This document shows, piece after piece, positions 37,318-50,151 of a stretch of DNA of 64,000 nt. The DNA lies in assembly GCA_907165135.1 (NCBI GenBank), contig OU015567.1, positions 10,106,001-10,170,000 of the forward strand, written 5' to 3'. Numbering within the stretch: position 1 is the stretch's first letter; the number at the start of each line of letters is the position of its first letter. A model generated the notes under the pieces. That model did not search any database and was not told the DNA's origin. It saw only the letters and a list, made by a program, of their open reading frames with translations. A program made the position numbers and the translations under genes. Origin of the DNA: Oikopleura dioica (Eukaryota; Animalia; Chordata).

Positions 37318-38140
37318 ATTACATCGTCACGCATAATCATTTGTAATAATGTGCTATAGTTTTTTTCTTTCCAATTCAATAAATTTCCAGCAATAAGCAA
37401 GTTTTTTCAAAGACGTTATTACATGTCTTTTTCGGAGACACAAAATGTCATAAACAACAGCAGCAGGGTCCGTAAAGACCCCCTATGCGTAAGTTGTCTA
37501 GTTTGACTTTTTAAAATCTGCCTTTCATTCAAAATAATCCTTGAGAAAACCGTGTCATCATCTTTCAAAAAATACCGTCTTTCCGACTTACTCGCTCTGA
37601 CTCGATTTTAACTGGACATTCCAATATCGTTTATCGGTAATTTGAGGGCTAAATAATGTGTTTATCTATAATTTTTAAATAAATTTAGGCGAGAAACGCG
37701 ATGACAAGATTCTCCGTCATTTTGCGATCTGCCCGGCTCTCCTGCGGTTAGTCCGACATGTACCGTGTCCTCTGCCACATGATGCCAAGCCTATATACGC
37801 TAGTCCTCTGAGTTGTAATCACATCACATCACAAGCTCAATCAATAATAATCCACTAATTGGCTAGGCAGTAATAATTGAGAATTAACGCCCGTGGCAAT
37901 GGGAAAATGGTGCTTTTATCTCAAGCACCAAGGCTTGGAGTCATCACTGACCTCAGATCGTGCCCGAGGCAGTTGCGAACACCAGCGGGCCAATGGTGGT
38001 GGAGGAAAGTACTTGGGCGTCGCTGCGGAGGAGGCAGTCGGACCACCTTCTGCACCACCACCGCCACGCAGCAGCTCAGAACATAGCCCCCTGCGCATCT
38101 CATTTTTATAGAGACCCTTTTGTATATCAGAGAAACGGAA

Positions 38141-38918
38141 ATGAAGCTCGCCCTTTCTACTTCTTTCTTCGCATCCGTCCTTGGACAGGCCCCTGGAGGA
38201 GCTGCCCAGTATCTTTACTGTATCAATGGTAAGATTTAGAAACATCACGTGGGAAAAATTCTCCCTGAGAAATTCCAAAAAATATTTTCTTTAATTTTTC
38301 TTAAAAATATTTTCAGCGAATAACCACGGTTCTAACCCTCGTATGCTTCCCAACAACATGTGCTGCCCATTCTATGAGCAAGCCGGTATCAAGGGCAAGC
38401 CATACCATTCTGCCGTCCACGGATGCTGTGGAACTGCTCTTTATGATCTGACTACTCAGGATTGCTGCCCAGAAGCTGAAGTTATCATGGAGAAGGTAAA
38501 ATAGAGAAAGACCAAGGCGTGCTCTAAATTGTTATTTAGGGAACTCGACCATCTGCCCCAACAGGTTTCTTCGGCTCGGCTCAAGTTATCGGAGGCGAGA
38601 GCACCATTCTTCTCATGTGGGATGAAGCCGTCTCTGGAAGCTCATACTACCTGGATGTTCGATCTATGAAGCTCAACGGCGAAGAAGGTAATTTACCATC
38701 TGCTGAGCATTTTTGAATTTCGATACAAATTTTTAGTGAAATATTTCTAAATCATGATTTTAGTCGAAATCGAAAAGCCATTCGGAACTGGTACTCTTGA
38801 CAGTCACTTTGCTTCCCTCAGCAATGTCGTCTCCGGAGTCGAGTACGAATTCGAAGTTTCCACCATCAACTGCCTCGGAGACATCTCCAGCAGCTCCAAG
38901 TTCTCCGTCACCGCCTAA
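38141..38918 (+). CDS. Small secreted protein: galaxin-like CC repeats plus one FN3 domain, 4 exons
   Basis: Signal MKLALSTSFFASVLG. MCCPFY..KPYHSAVHGCCGTALYDLTTQDCC. FN3 pattern PSAP..LMW..Y.L..LSNVVSGVEYEFEVSTIN. All introns are GT-AG and in phase; AATAAA at ~39132. Confidence 0.8.
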
Positions 38919-40180
38919 GCAAATCGCCCTAACTGTATCTTTGTTACAATTTGCCCTTGAATTTCGCCGCTGAGGAGACTTTTCAAAGTTGCCTTGAGAG
39001 ATTCTATTTTCGATTTTCCTAAGCCGCACCGTACAGTTTCCGGAGAACCTGAAAAGCAGTGGTTGTTTCAGTTTCTCCTCCTCACTTCTTTCTGCGCATG
39101 TATATTTATCTCCCATGAACAAATATTTATAAATAAAAAGATTGAAATCGAATGATTATGGTTGGACTCAGGGGCTCGTGGAAGCCGCAAGAGCTCTAAA
39201 TATATTTTTGATAAGGAGAAACACGTTGTTTTCAGGTGGCAAAAGATGGAAAGTTTTATTAGCTTGGGCGAATAAGAGAATGATTGATTGATTTACTTGA
39301 TGAAAATATAAAAATGTAATTTTCTGCCTGATGAATTCAGTGAAACTTTCACTTTGAAAGCTTTTCGAAATACTGACAAAACTGAATAGCTAATCTACTG
39401 TAGATTGAAATCATTCATCTTATTTTGATAATTTTGTGCTATTTTTCAAAGAAAATTTATTATGCAGAGTCATTTTAATGCAGGGTAGATTTTGTGGTGG
39501 CATCGAAAGTGTTATCTGAGCGCGCTCTATTCTTTTGAATGAGGAAGTTCTCGAATTTCTATTTTGCCAGGCGTCTGTCCACCTGGAAAAGCTGATGCAG
39601 ATCATCAATAAAGCAGAAGAAGCAATTATGAAACCGCCGATATGAAATTTTTGCTTCCTATTCTTGCGTCTTGCCAGATTTTCTTCGGCTACGATCATAG
39701 AGACTATGGCGTGTCCAGTAGAAGATACAGAGATACTGAAGGATCTGGAGAAGAACCTGGTGACAGTACGATCGATTCTTGCTGCAGTAGTTTTTCAAAT
39801 CGAGATCCGATTTATGTTTTTGAGGGAGAAGCGACGACAAAGCCGGAATTTCCAGTTATTGCTTCATTAGCCTGTTTATGCGAAGAATTCATTCTTTCAG
39901 GAAATCGAGCTTGATCGACTGCTCATAGTTAAGGTTAGGTTTAGGGCGCTAATCGTATACTCCCTTCCCAACGATTTTTTAGAAACTCGTAAAACCTCCC
40001 CACAATCCAAGATCTTTCCAAAAAGACAATCCTTAAAATGCCCCATTATTTCTATCAAATTCTACCAACTCAGCCCTTTAGCTCGCCGTAAACGACGCTC
40101 ATCTCGAGCCACTCTACGTCCATGACGTTGAAATCGGATAACACTCACCGATATTATTTCTAAAAATACGCCTCCAAGGC

Positions 40181-43157
40181 TTGTTTCCACAATTTGAATT
40201 CATTGTAGAAAATAGGCGAGCGTGTTGCTATTTTAAGCTCGTTACAGTTAAATTTCTGGCAAAGAGCACTGGATTGATACTGTCACTGGAAAACGAAGAC
40301 GAGAATTTGATCGAAATAGCTCAATCTGGGTCGAAAACGATCACTGTTTCGACTGGCTCTAGCTATGGAATATCTCAGACTTCTTCCTCCGTTACCTCCG
40401 GAGAAGAAATTTCCATCGAAATATTTCTCGAGACCAATATCAACAACGACCCAGAACTGTCTGTTTATCTCGGTGGAGCTAGAATTATAAAACTGGAGAC
40501 GATAGAACTCCTTGCTTTTCAAAATATACGATTTGCCACTTCTGCTTCTTCTCCAGGCCCGGGGAAATGAAAATCATTAGTTCCAGCAATTGCGGCTAGG
40601 TAGGATTACTGGCGGTTTCTCGCAACATGAACAGCCCTTTCGAAAGTGACCTTTACCGAAATCAAACTTCAAAATGCCCACAACGATGAGGTCGCGGGGG
40701 ACGAAGGGGCTGAGAACAGATTTTGCTCGGAGGATTATCCGCTCCGTGGCGAGTCATGTTCTAGTTGCGACGGCATTTGGGACGACGTTAACGCGCTTTG
40801 CGGGGTTATCGGTCAACACTGGCTTGGCTCGCGCCTCAATGGGTATTGTACAGATTGCTCGACAGAGGGTATTCAGTGTTACTGCGTATGTTCAGAAGGT
40901 AAGTGTTTTTGACTAACCCCACTATGACTATGTTCTCAATGCTCTTGGTTTACCTCGTAAAGATCGATATTTCTTGTCATTACTTTTTAGATTATATTCA
41001 AACATGGGTTAAAAGCGAGCAGCCTGAATGTACACTCAATGCTATTTATTGCCAGGAACATGATCAACTACTATAGATAATTTGGTTGTTGCATAATTTG
41101 AGAACAATCGACTTTCTTCTTTGAAAAAAAAAAGAAATAAAGCAATATCTTTGATCCTTTACAAAAGGAATGTTCCGTAACTTCAGTACAGCGAGGAACG
41201 TCTCCGCCGATTTGTGAAGATTCCGAAGATTGTCTCTCGCCGTCTGGAGTTTGTTTTGAATCCGTGTCTGCTTACGAAGTCAACCTCGATGGAGAGCGAC
41301 GGAATGTGATTTCGCTCATCTACGGATGCGCTACTCAAGTAAGCGAGAAAGACGAATCTAATTAGTTTTCAACTTTCTGCAAGTTCATCGAAATCGAGAG
41401 AATCAACGCCTATTTAGGAGTCATCAGATCTCCAGGTCTATTTTCCGCGAGAAGAAAGTACAGTGATCACCCAGTCGACGGGGGTCATTCAGAGCTCTGT
41501 TTACTATACAGGAAAGTGTTCTCATAAGCTTTTTAAAACAGAATTCCTTTCTTTTTGAACACGTCACCGCAGATCCAAATACCCTGGACACTGAGGAGCA
41601 CATTCTTTCGAGCCTCGAGAAAAATGGCGGGAAGGATACATTATCTTGCTTTGAATGCAAAGTCGAGTATTCTTTGGATATCAATGATCCATGCGCGACC
41701 CCCAAGGAGGAAGAAACGAAGGTCAGACGATGCGTTTTGGGAAGCTGCGAATCAAAAATTTTGGCGATTGAATCTAGTGGCAGGACCTTCTACTTCGCCG
41801 AAAGAGGGTGCACTAAAGACCCTGCTTCAAGGACCGAATCATAAATTTGTCAATCAAAAACCTACAGACGGTTTTAATTTTTGTATATCTCTTCCATCGA
41901 AACGACGAAACTACCAAGAGAAGCTTTTATTCTTTAGATGATTCGATTTTAAGCGTTCTGCCAGACACTCCTTCCCAATTATTTGCAGCATCGACATATT
42001 GGCCCGAGCTTCCCTTTGTAGGAATAAATGTTTACATATCTACTTCGATTCATCCTCTGGGAAACGACGACACGAATTATATTCTCCAATCGGCAGAACT
42101 ATTCACATGTTACAAGTGCCAAGGTAGCATCATGAAATCAGAAGAGCCGAAATTCGATGGCAATTTCTTCAACAGCGAAATTGATAATTGCTGGAAACCT
42201 GGTTTGCTGACCGAATTGGATACATGCGCAACGGAGTGTTTTACTCAATTCTATGCCGTAACGGTAGACGGAAACTACCAAGTGGAAATCGGGCGAGGTT
42301 GCGCGAGGGTTGATCCTGAGCTTTCCGTGGCATATCATGGCGTCGATATCATTTCGAAAACATGTTCAAAAGATGACGGATCATTATGCAATTCTAAAAG
42401 CCCCATAGAAATCGGGCTTGTTTACCAAAATACTGAAATCCTCGAATGCTACACTTGCGATACTGGTTTAGTCTCCCGCGATCCTCTGAGCAGTTGTTTT
42501 ACTGCTACAGATGTCCCAGTTCTTCCCTGCCCTGATTCTAGTTATACGAAGTGTCGCCAAGAAACATCAGTATTTCAAATCGAAGGGATAACTTACTACT
42601 ATGGAAAAAGAGGCTGCGCATCATTATTTTCCATCGGATTTGCTGATGCCGATAATGATCAACTCGATCTCGGAGGCGTGGAATACGAATGTTACGAAAG
42701 AAGCTGTAACGATACACCTGGCGAATATTCGGTACCTGAGTCGGTTAATGTGACAATACCAGAAAGCGATGAAGTCTTGGAAATGAAGTACACCCGATTT
42801 AGTACAGTGATGGAGACGGTTCTGGAAAATGTCAAGCAAGCGACAGAGCGCTTTAATGAAAATTGCTACAGTCTCTTTACTGTTTACGCTGTTCAGAAGA
42901 AAAGCGAAATTATTTCGTGCGAGGTCTACAATGTGGTCGAAGTCGCAGATCTCAAGCAAATTCGACAGCCAGAATCACTGAAGCAGTATTACATTGATTT
43001 TGGCATTCGAACCCGCGGAGAATTTGTTGTTCAAGCGGAGAATGTGGTTGAACTGAAAGATAGTGAACTAGAAACTGTGGCCGTGGTGGCGAAAACGAGC
43101 TATGCTGGTCTAAGGAATGAGAGCAAGAAGCTATTCATAGGGTCTCTTCCGAGCTGA
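40181..43157 (+). CDS. Cys-rich extracellular protein with several LU/three-finger-like domains; 5' structure unresolved, possibly disrupted
   Basis: Repeated CYxC..C..C..RGC..C..CN patterns (SCFEC..ERGC; TCYKC..GRGC..LCNS; ECYTC..KRGC..SCND). In-frame stops near 41842-41877. Confidence 0.6.
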
Positions 43158-43606
43158 TCTCGCTTTAAACTTATTCGTACCGGTCGGTTATCGCTCAAGC
43201 TCTCATTGAAGCATTCTATTTCCAATTTGGTGCGCGCTTCTTGGCTGTATATTCATAATATTGGCATGGCATTATCATCCACAAAAACCGGTTAAATTCG
43301 CCTTCCGCGTAATTCTACCGGTGCTTTCTTTTCAACCAAGTGCAGTGATTTGGTTTCAGTATCAAACAGGCTTCGGGAACGTCCTCAAAATCAGCCCTTC
43401 TTCGACTGTTACTTTTCTACTCGCATTTGTAATTACTCTCAGGCCGAGCGTGATAATAACTTTATTAAAGGCAATTTTAATGATAAATCTAAGCTAAAAT
43501 GTATGTATAATGAAAGTAATTGAAAGCTCGCAAAAGACTCGTTTCAAATTATATGAGAATCGGTTGCTGGTTAAACAAGGCCTGCCAACAAGGCCAACAA
43601 GGCTTT

Positions 43607-44338
43607 GATAATTTCAAAAAAATTCTTTCGGGCCCGGAAATCATGAAAAAACCGCTAGTGTAGGATTGTAGAGCTCGTTGAGACGAGTCGATTGATACCT
43701 CTAACTCTTGAAAATTCCAAGATTTTCCGCCTACGCAACTGATAAGAAGGTTGCTCAAACAAAATCGTAATTCCACTGCCGTTTTGTTCTAGAGTAGCTA
43801 CAAGGGAGTTCGACCCTAAAAATGATCCTTATAAAAGTTGTACTGACAGAGGAAATTTGGACCTCTTATCACGTGCCCTGCCGAGCTTATCAGTGAAAAA
43901 TCGTTTTTCCATATATTCTCACAAAACATGTAAAATGACCAGTTTTTACGCTGAATTCAGTCAATTGTATTATGATTATTGAATTCAGCGTAAAAAACTA
44001 ATAATTTTACATGATTTGTAAGAAAATATGGAAAAAAATGATTTTTTACTGATAAGCTCGGCAGGACACATGATAAGAGGTCCAAACTTCCTCTGTCTGT
44101 ACAACTTTTTATAAGGATCATTTTTAGGGGTCGAACTCCCTTGTAGCTACTCTAGAACAAAAACGGCAGTGGAATTACGATTTTGTTTGAGTAACCTTCT
44201 TATCAGTTGCGTAGGCGGAAAATCTTGGAATTTTCAAGAGTTAGAGGTATCAATCGACTCGTCTCGACGAGCTCTACAATCCTACACTAGCAGTTTTTTC
44301 ATGATTTCCGGGCCCGAAAGAATTTTTTTGAAATTATC
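43607..44338. mobile_element. Foldback palindrome/MITE with ~355-bp arms and ~20-bp spacer
   Basis: GATAATTTCAAAAAAATTC...GAATTTTTTTGAAATTATC, high arm identity. No TSD found. Confidence 0.85.
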
Positions 44339-45515
44339 TGGATACAATCTCATATCAAGGTTATCATTAAATCTAATAAATGTTATCGAAAACATAATTT
44401 TCAATTTCAAACACAAGTCTCTTACTAGTCACGTATCCACCTTGAAGGTTCCTCTTATTGTTCAAGATTGGTTCAAAGAATACGATACATGGATGAATTC
44501 ACTTAGCATTCTTGAGGGTACAAGTTATAGAAATGTTTGACATGACAACCAGAGCTATTAAAACTATCGATACAAAGTGATATTCTTTCAGTTACGTTGG
44601 TCTATTTCTCCTGCAACAGATATATTCTCCCGGGGAATGGTGTCTTTATCTCAATTCTTCTGACCATCCTGATATTATTCACTCAAGCCTCTTATTTCAT
44701 CGTCAATTATTTCATCAAACAATATTGGAAGAGGGACAACTCCAGACCTGGAACTGCATTTTCTCATTCAAGTGGAGCTTTTAGCCCCAAAATCAAAATT
44801 GTGCAAATCATTCGACATGTATTCTGGATTATCATGCTACTGCTTGTCCTTTGCCTAACACTAGGGTTTGCTTACTGTGCTCCTACATATTCGTCTTTTT
44901 ACGACAACAAAAAGAGCTTCATCGACGACGAGTTGAATGTTATTCCCATTAGCGGCGCAATCGTGAGTGAATCCAGTGACGTTCCTCGGTCGTGCTCAAT
45001 TTTCTCCGATTCAATCTTCCAGACAAATTCGTTATTCAGCGTGTGTATAAAAGGTATGAATGATTGAAGACGGATCTTTTAGATGGATATGTACTTTTTG
45101 ATTATAATTTTTTTTAAAAAAGAAAAATCAATTTTCAAAGATAAATTTTTTCTTTTCCAGCCGACATTCTCTTCGTCGACGATGAAATTTCCGCCACGAT
45201 GTTCGCTGATCCCTTGAGCATAAGTTGCATCAGCAACGCTGAAATCTTACTTCTTTGCCTCGCGGCCTTACTGATCGGTTTCAATGTTACAATTTCGATA
45301 ATGGCAGCCAACTCCCGCAGCTATTTCTCCAAGTCCATCAGGGTTACTACGCCTTTCTGCGACGATGAAGACTTGAGGTAAAAAATAAATAGGGCTTCAA
45401 GTTCAAATATATTTTTAGCTACAATAATCGCTCGTGGTGGCTTTCTCGTCCTCAAACTGCTATTTCCAGATCTCTTAGGTGCGCCAAACTATTTTTAAGA
45501 CAGAAAACAATATGA
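44339..45515 (+). CDS. Multi-pass membrane protein of unknown family (3' exons)
   Basis: Exon ending SILE-G| joins in phase to an exon with hydrophobic GVFISILLTILILF and VFWIIMLLLVLCLTLGF. A later exon has EILLLCLAALLIGFNVTISIM. Confidence 0.45.
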
Positions 45516-48500
45516 AACAATAACGGATCGTTATTGAATAACTGCTAATTGTGCTCGCTTGCAACTAAAAAAACTCGCTTTCGCCTTTGCTTTCTGTAGA
45601 TTTGCCTTGATCATGTTTCACGAAATGAATTAAAGACCTTGGACGGCGCGGACAATCGGAACTATTCCTGAGCGGCCTTGGACTGCTGAATCAAGACTAT
45701 GGGTTTTAAAAGCTTTCAGAAAAACTATTGCGACAGTAACAGTGATGAACCCTCAAAAGCACAATCCAAGACGAGCCAAACACTTTCGATCTCTCTCAGT
45801 TCAATCCACGGCCATTCACGGCTGTTCCTGGCAATACGCGGCCAAATATCTTCACGAGAATTTCTCACCGCCTGCAAAGTTTGTCCGCCCGTTCAAGAAT
45901 TACTCCAGATCCGCCATAACTATTCTCTCTGCATATAAGAGTGCTAATAAATGTTCTATTCTTCATTGAAATCAAGGAAGAGAACGATTTCTTTTTTTTA
46001 TTTCGCGGCGAAATTTTCGCCCGTAAAAAATCAAATTTAAATGTTATCATGTTGATTGAAATCAAGGAAGAGAACGTTTTTTTCTCTTTTCTGAATTTCG
46101 AATTTTGGTGAAACTTTCCCGTGAGAATCACATGAACACACCATCAAACTTTATCATATGAAGTTAATTAGAGAATAGCCAGAATTTCAAGGGTGACCTA
46201 AATGAATTTCGATGAATGTGATTTTTGCTCCAAAATTTTGATATCTTGATCGACTAGTTTGAGAACTATATCTGGGAAATGTCAATTTAATTAATTTGGT
46301 CGATGAAAGTTTAGTTATTTTCTGCCAACTCAGCAATATTTATAAAGAAAGAAGTAATCGCTTTGATCTGGCGCCGTAATTTCAAAAATTGTTTGCTTGA
46401 GTTTATAAAGAAGGAAGTTCGAAGTGGCTCTTCGAGTAATCTGTCAAGCTGAGCTGATCACTTTTGGGCAGTGGTGCTTCCGCGCGCTTGGAAAATCACT
46501 CCCGAGGTTTACTACTATTAGAAGTGGTCCCGACTATCTGACAGGTGCATACACAAACTGTTCTATCAACCGGTTCGCGCGTCTTAGCACTCTTCAAAGG
46601 GAGATAGAAGCTTTCTTCAGAAATAGCTTCGTTCAGCAGATTTGCTCATTTTCAAGTTGCAAAGGGATACCAATACTTAAAAATGTACAGAAAATAATTT
46701 GCAAATTCTTAAGCTCAAGAAGCGGCGATTTACTGAACTGGAAGGCTCAGGTGTGAGACGGCGACCTTTTGTCCACTTTTTGCTGGATCGAGGTCGCAAG
46801 TGACGCTCATTACGGTGCATCGGCGCTAGTATTTCTCAAGTGTTATCTCACTGAAGCCATCCGAAGTCTTTTGTTCCCCCTCTTGCTCGTGTTTTATCGA
46901 CCACTTCTCAAGGGCAATTCGTAAATTAAAAAAAAGACGACGTTCATATTGGAAATTAACGCGAGGGAAGCGATAAGGGAGAGTGATAAGAGTACGCGCT
47001 TGTTTTCATGTCTCAAGAAAATTGTTTAAAATACAGAATTTCGCAAAACTAAAAATTTTTCTCTTTCAGCTTTTTTTGGAAATTAACAATCTTAGGCTCA
47101 GGATCTGAATTTTTATCGACAAGTTTCCCCGCTCTTAGCGTTTTTTTTTCTCCATCTAAAGAGCTGCTAAGTACATTATCTATTTGTTTAGCCCTTTCTT
47201 TAAAACAGTACAAAAAAGTCTCTTCCCTCGAGTGAAGCAGGTGTGACAAGGTAAACACTCTTATCTTCACTCCCCGCGGAGGAAACTGGCTACTTCTAGC
47301 AACAATTTTTGCGTCAACTTTATCGGCTTATTTCACTTTTCTTACCAAACAAATTTCGCGAAAGACAGAAAACCGGATTTATCTCGTTCACTGGAGATAT
47401 TTGATAACAACCTCCCGTTTTTCAGATTTTAAGGATCCGCGCTAGAATCGGAGTTCTAAATGGAGTCTCCTTAATTAGAGCGCTCTGAAGTGGTCTCAGA
47501 TGATCTCTAAGGTGATCTTCGATTTGATAACACTCGACCGCGGGAAACGTGTTTCTCGATCCGTGTTCGGCTATTTGCTCCTAAATGTGCGTGAACAGAT
47601 TTTTTTCGAATATTTCTGGCGCTGGAATTTTGCTTTTAGGAAGTACACTCGACTGCGCGTTCGAAGGTTGGACAAGTTTACTGTATCCATTAAAACTTTC
47701 TCAAATTTTATCTGTTAATCTTTCATCAAAGGCGAAAACCCTCTTTTTCCGAAGAAATAGAAGCTATTCCAAAAAGAGTTTCTATCAGTGCGATTATGCC
47801 TGCGTCGGGTGTTGTTTTGAATTTGATCCTTCTAGGGATGGAAGCGATCACCTGATCACGTGTGGAAGAACTGGCGACGTGGGAAATGACTTCCTCCCTC
47901 TTATCTCTTGAGAGGTCTCACGCAGAGGTCGTTGTATAACTACCCACCGATAAGAATAAGGTCTTATCAGCGAATGCGCCTTCTTTCTTTAGAAAGTGGA
48001 TCATCCGGTAGCGCCCTTAAAATAGAACCGATACCGGCAGCGAATTAGCACACCAATAACCGTTTTTATCTAACACACACTTTTCAGCTTCGTTCTAGCT
48101 CTAAGTTCAAAACAGGCAATTTGGCTAGGCCCGGTGCGTGTGAATTTAGCAGCATCAATTGGATCAAAGGCGTCGCTCAGGATAATCCTTGATTTTTACG
48201 TCAGGGCGTTTTACGGTACAGCAGGAGGCGTTTAGAAGCGATTGGAATGCGTGAAACTATTCTTCCTCATCAAGGGCAGTGTTAACTGGGCTTTCTCAAA
48301 AATGCACGCGCGAGAATTGGAAAGAAATCGCCGCCGCTTGTCACATTTCTTTCACGACAAAGCGCAAATGCGCCACGGACACGGGAGAAAACATGCAAAG
48401 AAGGAAGATATTGCTTTAGAACAACTCCCAAAAATAAATAACGTGTTGCTCTTATAATGACACTTGATTGCATTCTAGCCCAACGCAAAAAATGATGTTT

Positions 48501-50151
48501 TAGGTTTTGGATGGTAAAATAAGTATTCTGAAATTAATTTTTGCTTGAAATAGAATTTCCTGTTCTTCTGATGATTTTAAATCTTGGGATTGAATCTACA
48601 CGTCGCTGGAAATTCCGAATCCGGGGCTTTATCAAAGCGTCCATTGATGAGAATTTCCGGCTTATGTAGAAGCTCTTGTGAGATCACGAGCATGAAATCG
48701 TATCAGGTGGGGAAGTCTAACGGCCCGCCGCAAAATAAAATTTCCGAAAAAATTGTTTACTCAAAAAATTTCAGTGACAAAGCAGCTGCGATTCTAAAAA
48801 AAAGACGAATGAATTAAAACAGGCGCTAAAAATTCTGACGAAAGAGATCAAACGGCGAGAAACGGTGTGTAATACTCCGTTTTGCAAATTGTAGCTCACA
48901 AGGGACTTCTGGCGCGGGCAGGTGCGCCTTGTTCGGGCGGCGAACGAGCCCTTGTGGCCATTGGCCAAAAAGGTCCCCTCCTTCCATGTTCAAAAAAGTG
49001 GAAATCGTGAAAAAAAGCGGCCGCCGATGTCTAACCACAGGAATTTGTCCGAGAGACCCTTATTTCAAATTTACTGTTGCTCTGACCGGAGAGGTCATCT
49101 CCATCTTCTGAGCATCAAAATTGACGCTGAAGTTATTGCTCAAATTCACTGCTGGAAATGCTCCTTACGTGTTTGGAGAGAGAAAATTCCGATGATTGCA
49201 TTTTTCCTCGACCGCGAATCCCGGCTCCAGACCTCAAAGAACTTTCAAGCACGTCCCCTTTTTCTTCTCCTTAATTTGTACCCCTTGCATTCCCGAGAAA
49301 TGGCAACGCAGTGGAGTAACGATTCCCGCAAGAAAGAAGTTTCGCAGAAGAAATGCCGCCTTGACGGCGATAGATTTAATTTACGCGGCGAAATAATTGA
49401 CAGCTCACGATCTGATTTCGATTCCTTCAACTCTGACGCAAATTCCATAAAGAACTTTATCCGATAAAGCATGCTTCTAACGGTTAGACGTCTTAAAGAG
49501 CCACTTCTTTGAATTGTACAGTTGTGAATTTATTAACTTTGAACTTTTTGAAAACAGTAAAAAAAACGAGTGCTGATTTCTTCATTTTATACTTTTTGGA
49601 AATCGCATGTTATTTTTTTTACTTCTGGCGTACTTTGAGCTTCTTTTGAGATTCTTTTTTCCATCACGAAATGACATTTTTCGATTTCTTCGTTTTTGAC
49701 TCATGTTTATGATGGGTTCGATGTGAATATTTTCAGATATTATGGTTATATATACAAACAGGCCGCTGAAAGAAGAAACGCTTGGGATCCGAAAAATACG
49801 TAAAACGCATACTAGTAATTTATGGTCACGTTGGAGCCCGCGCGCTCATCCGAAAATGGCCGAGATTTATGATTTTTTTACAAAAATAGATGATTTTTGG
49901 TTTTGTAGAAGTCGATTTTCCAAAGCAAAGGTTGACTACTTCTAGCGGTTGGTTTTTATGAAGAGCTGAGTTCTCGGCTGAAACATGGTTGAAAAGAACG
50001 ATTAGGAGGAGTTGAGCATTGAAAGAAAATGATCATTTTACCATAGAAAGACCATTATAAAAATGTACAGTGAGCTTGAATTCCAAGCTTAGTAGAGATC
50101 CTGAGAAGAGAAGTTAGAGGATTCGGTGAGCGCCTTTGAGGGTTAAAATAT

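Noticed and set aside
40080-40140. LAVNDAHL resembling galectin-3 VAVNDAHL
   Set aside because: Too short, and the galectin carbohydrate-binding residues are absent upstream.
43549-44540. Twin ORFs MELRFCLSNLL on opposite strands
   Set aside because: Artefact of the foldback palindrome arms.
45740-47680. LDCAFEG in a minus frame (~45760) and a plus frame (~47650)
   Set aside because: A 7-aa match is expected by chance in a six-frame comparison, and the flanks do not align.
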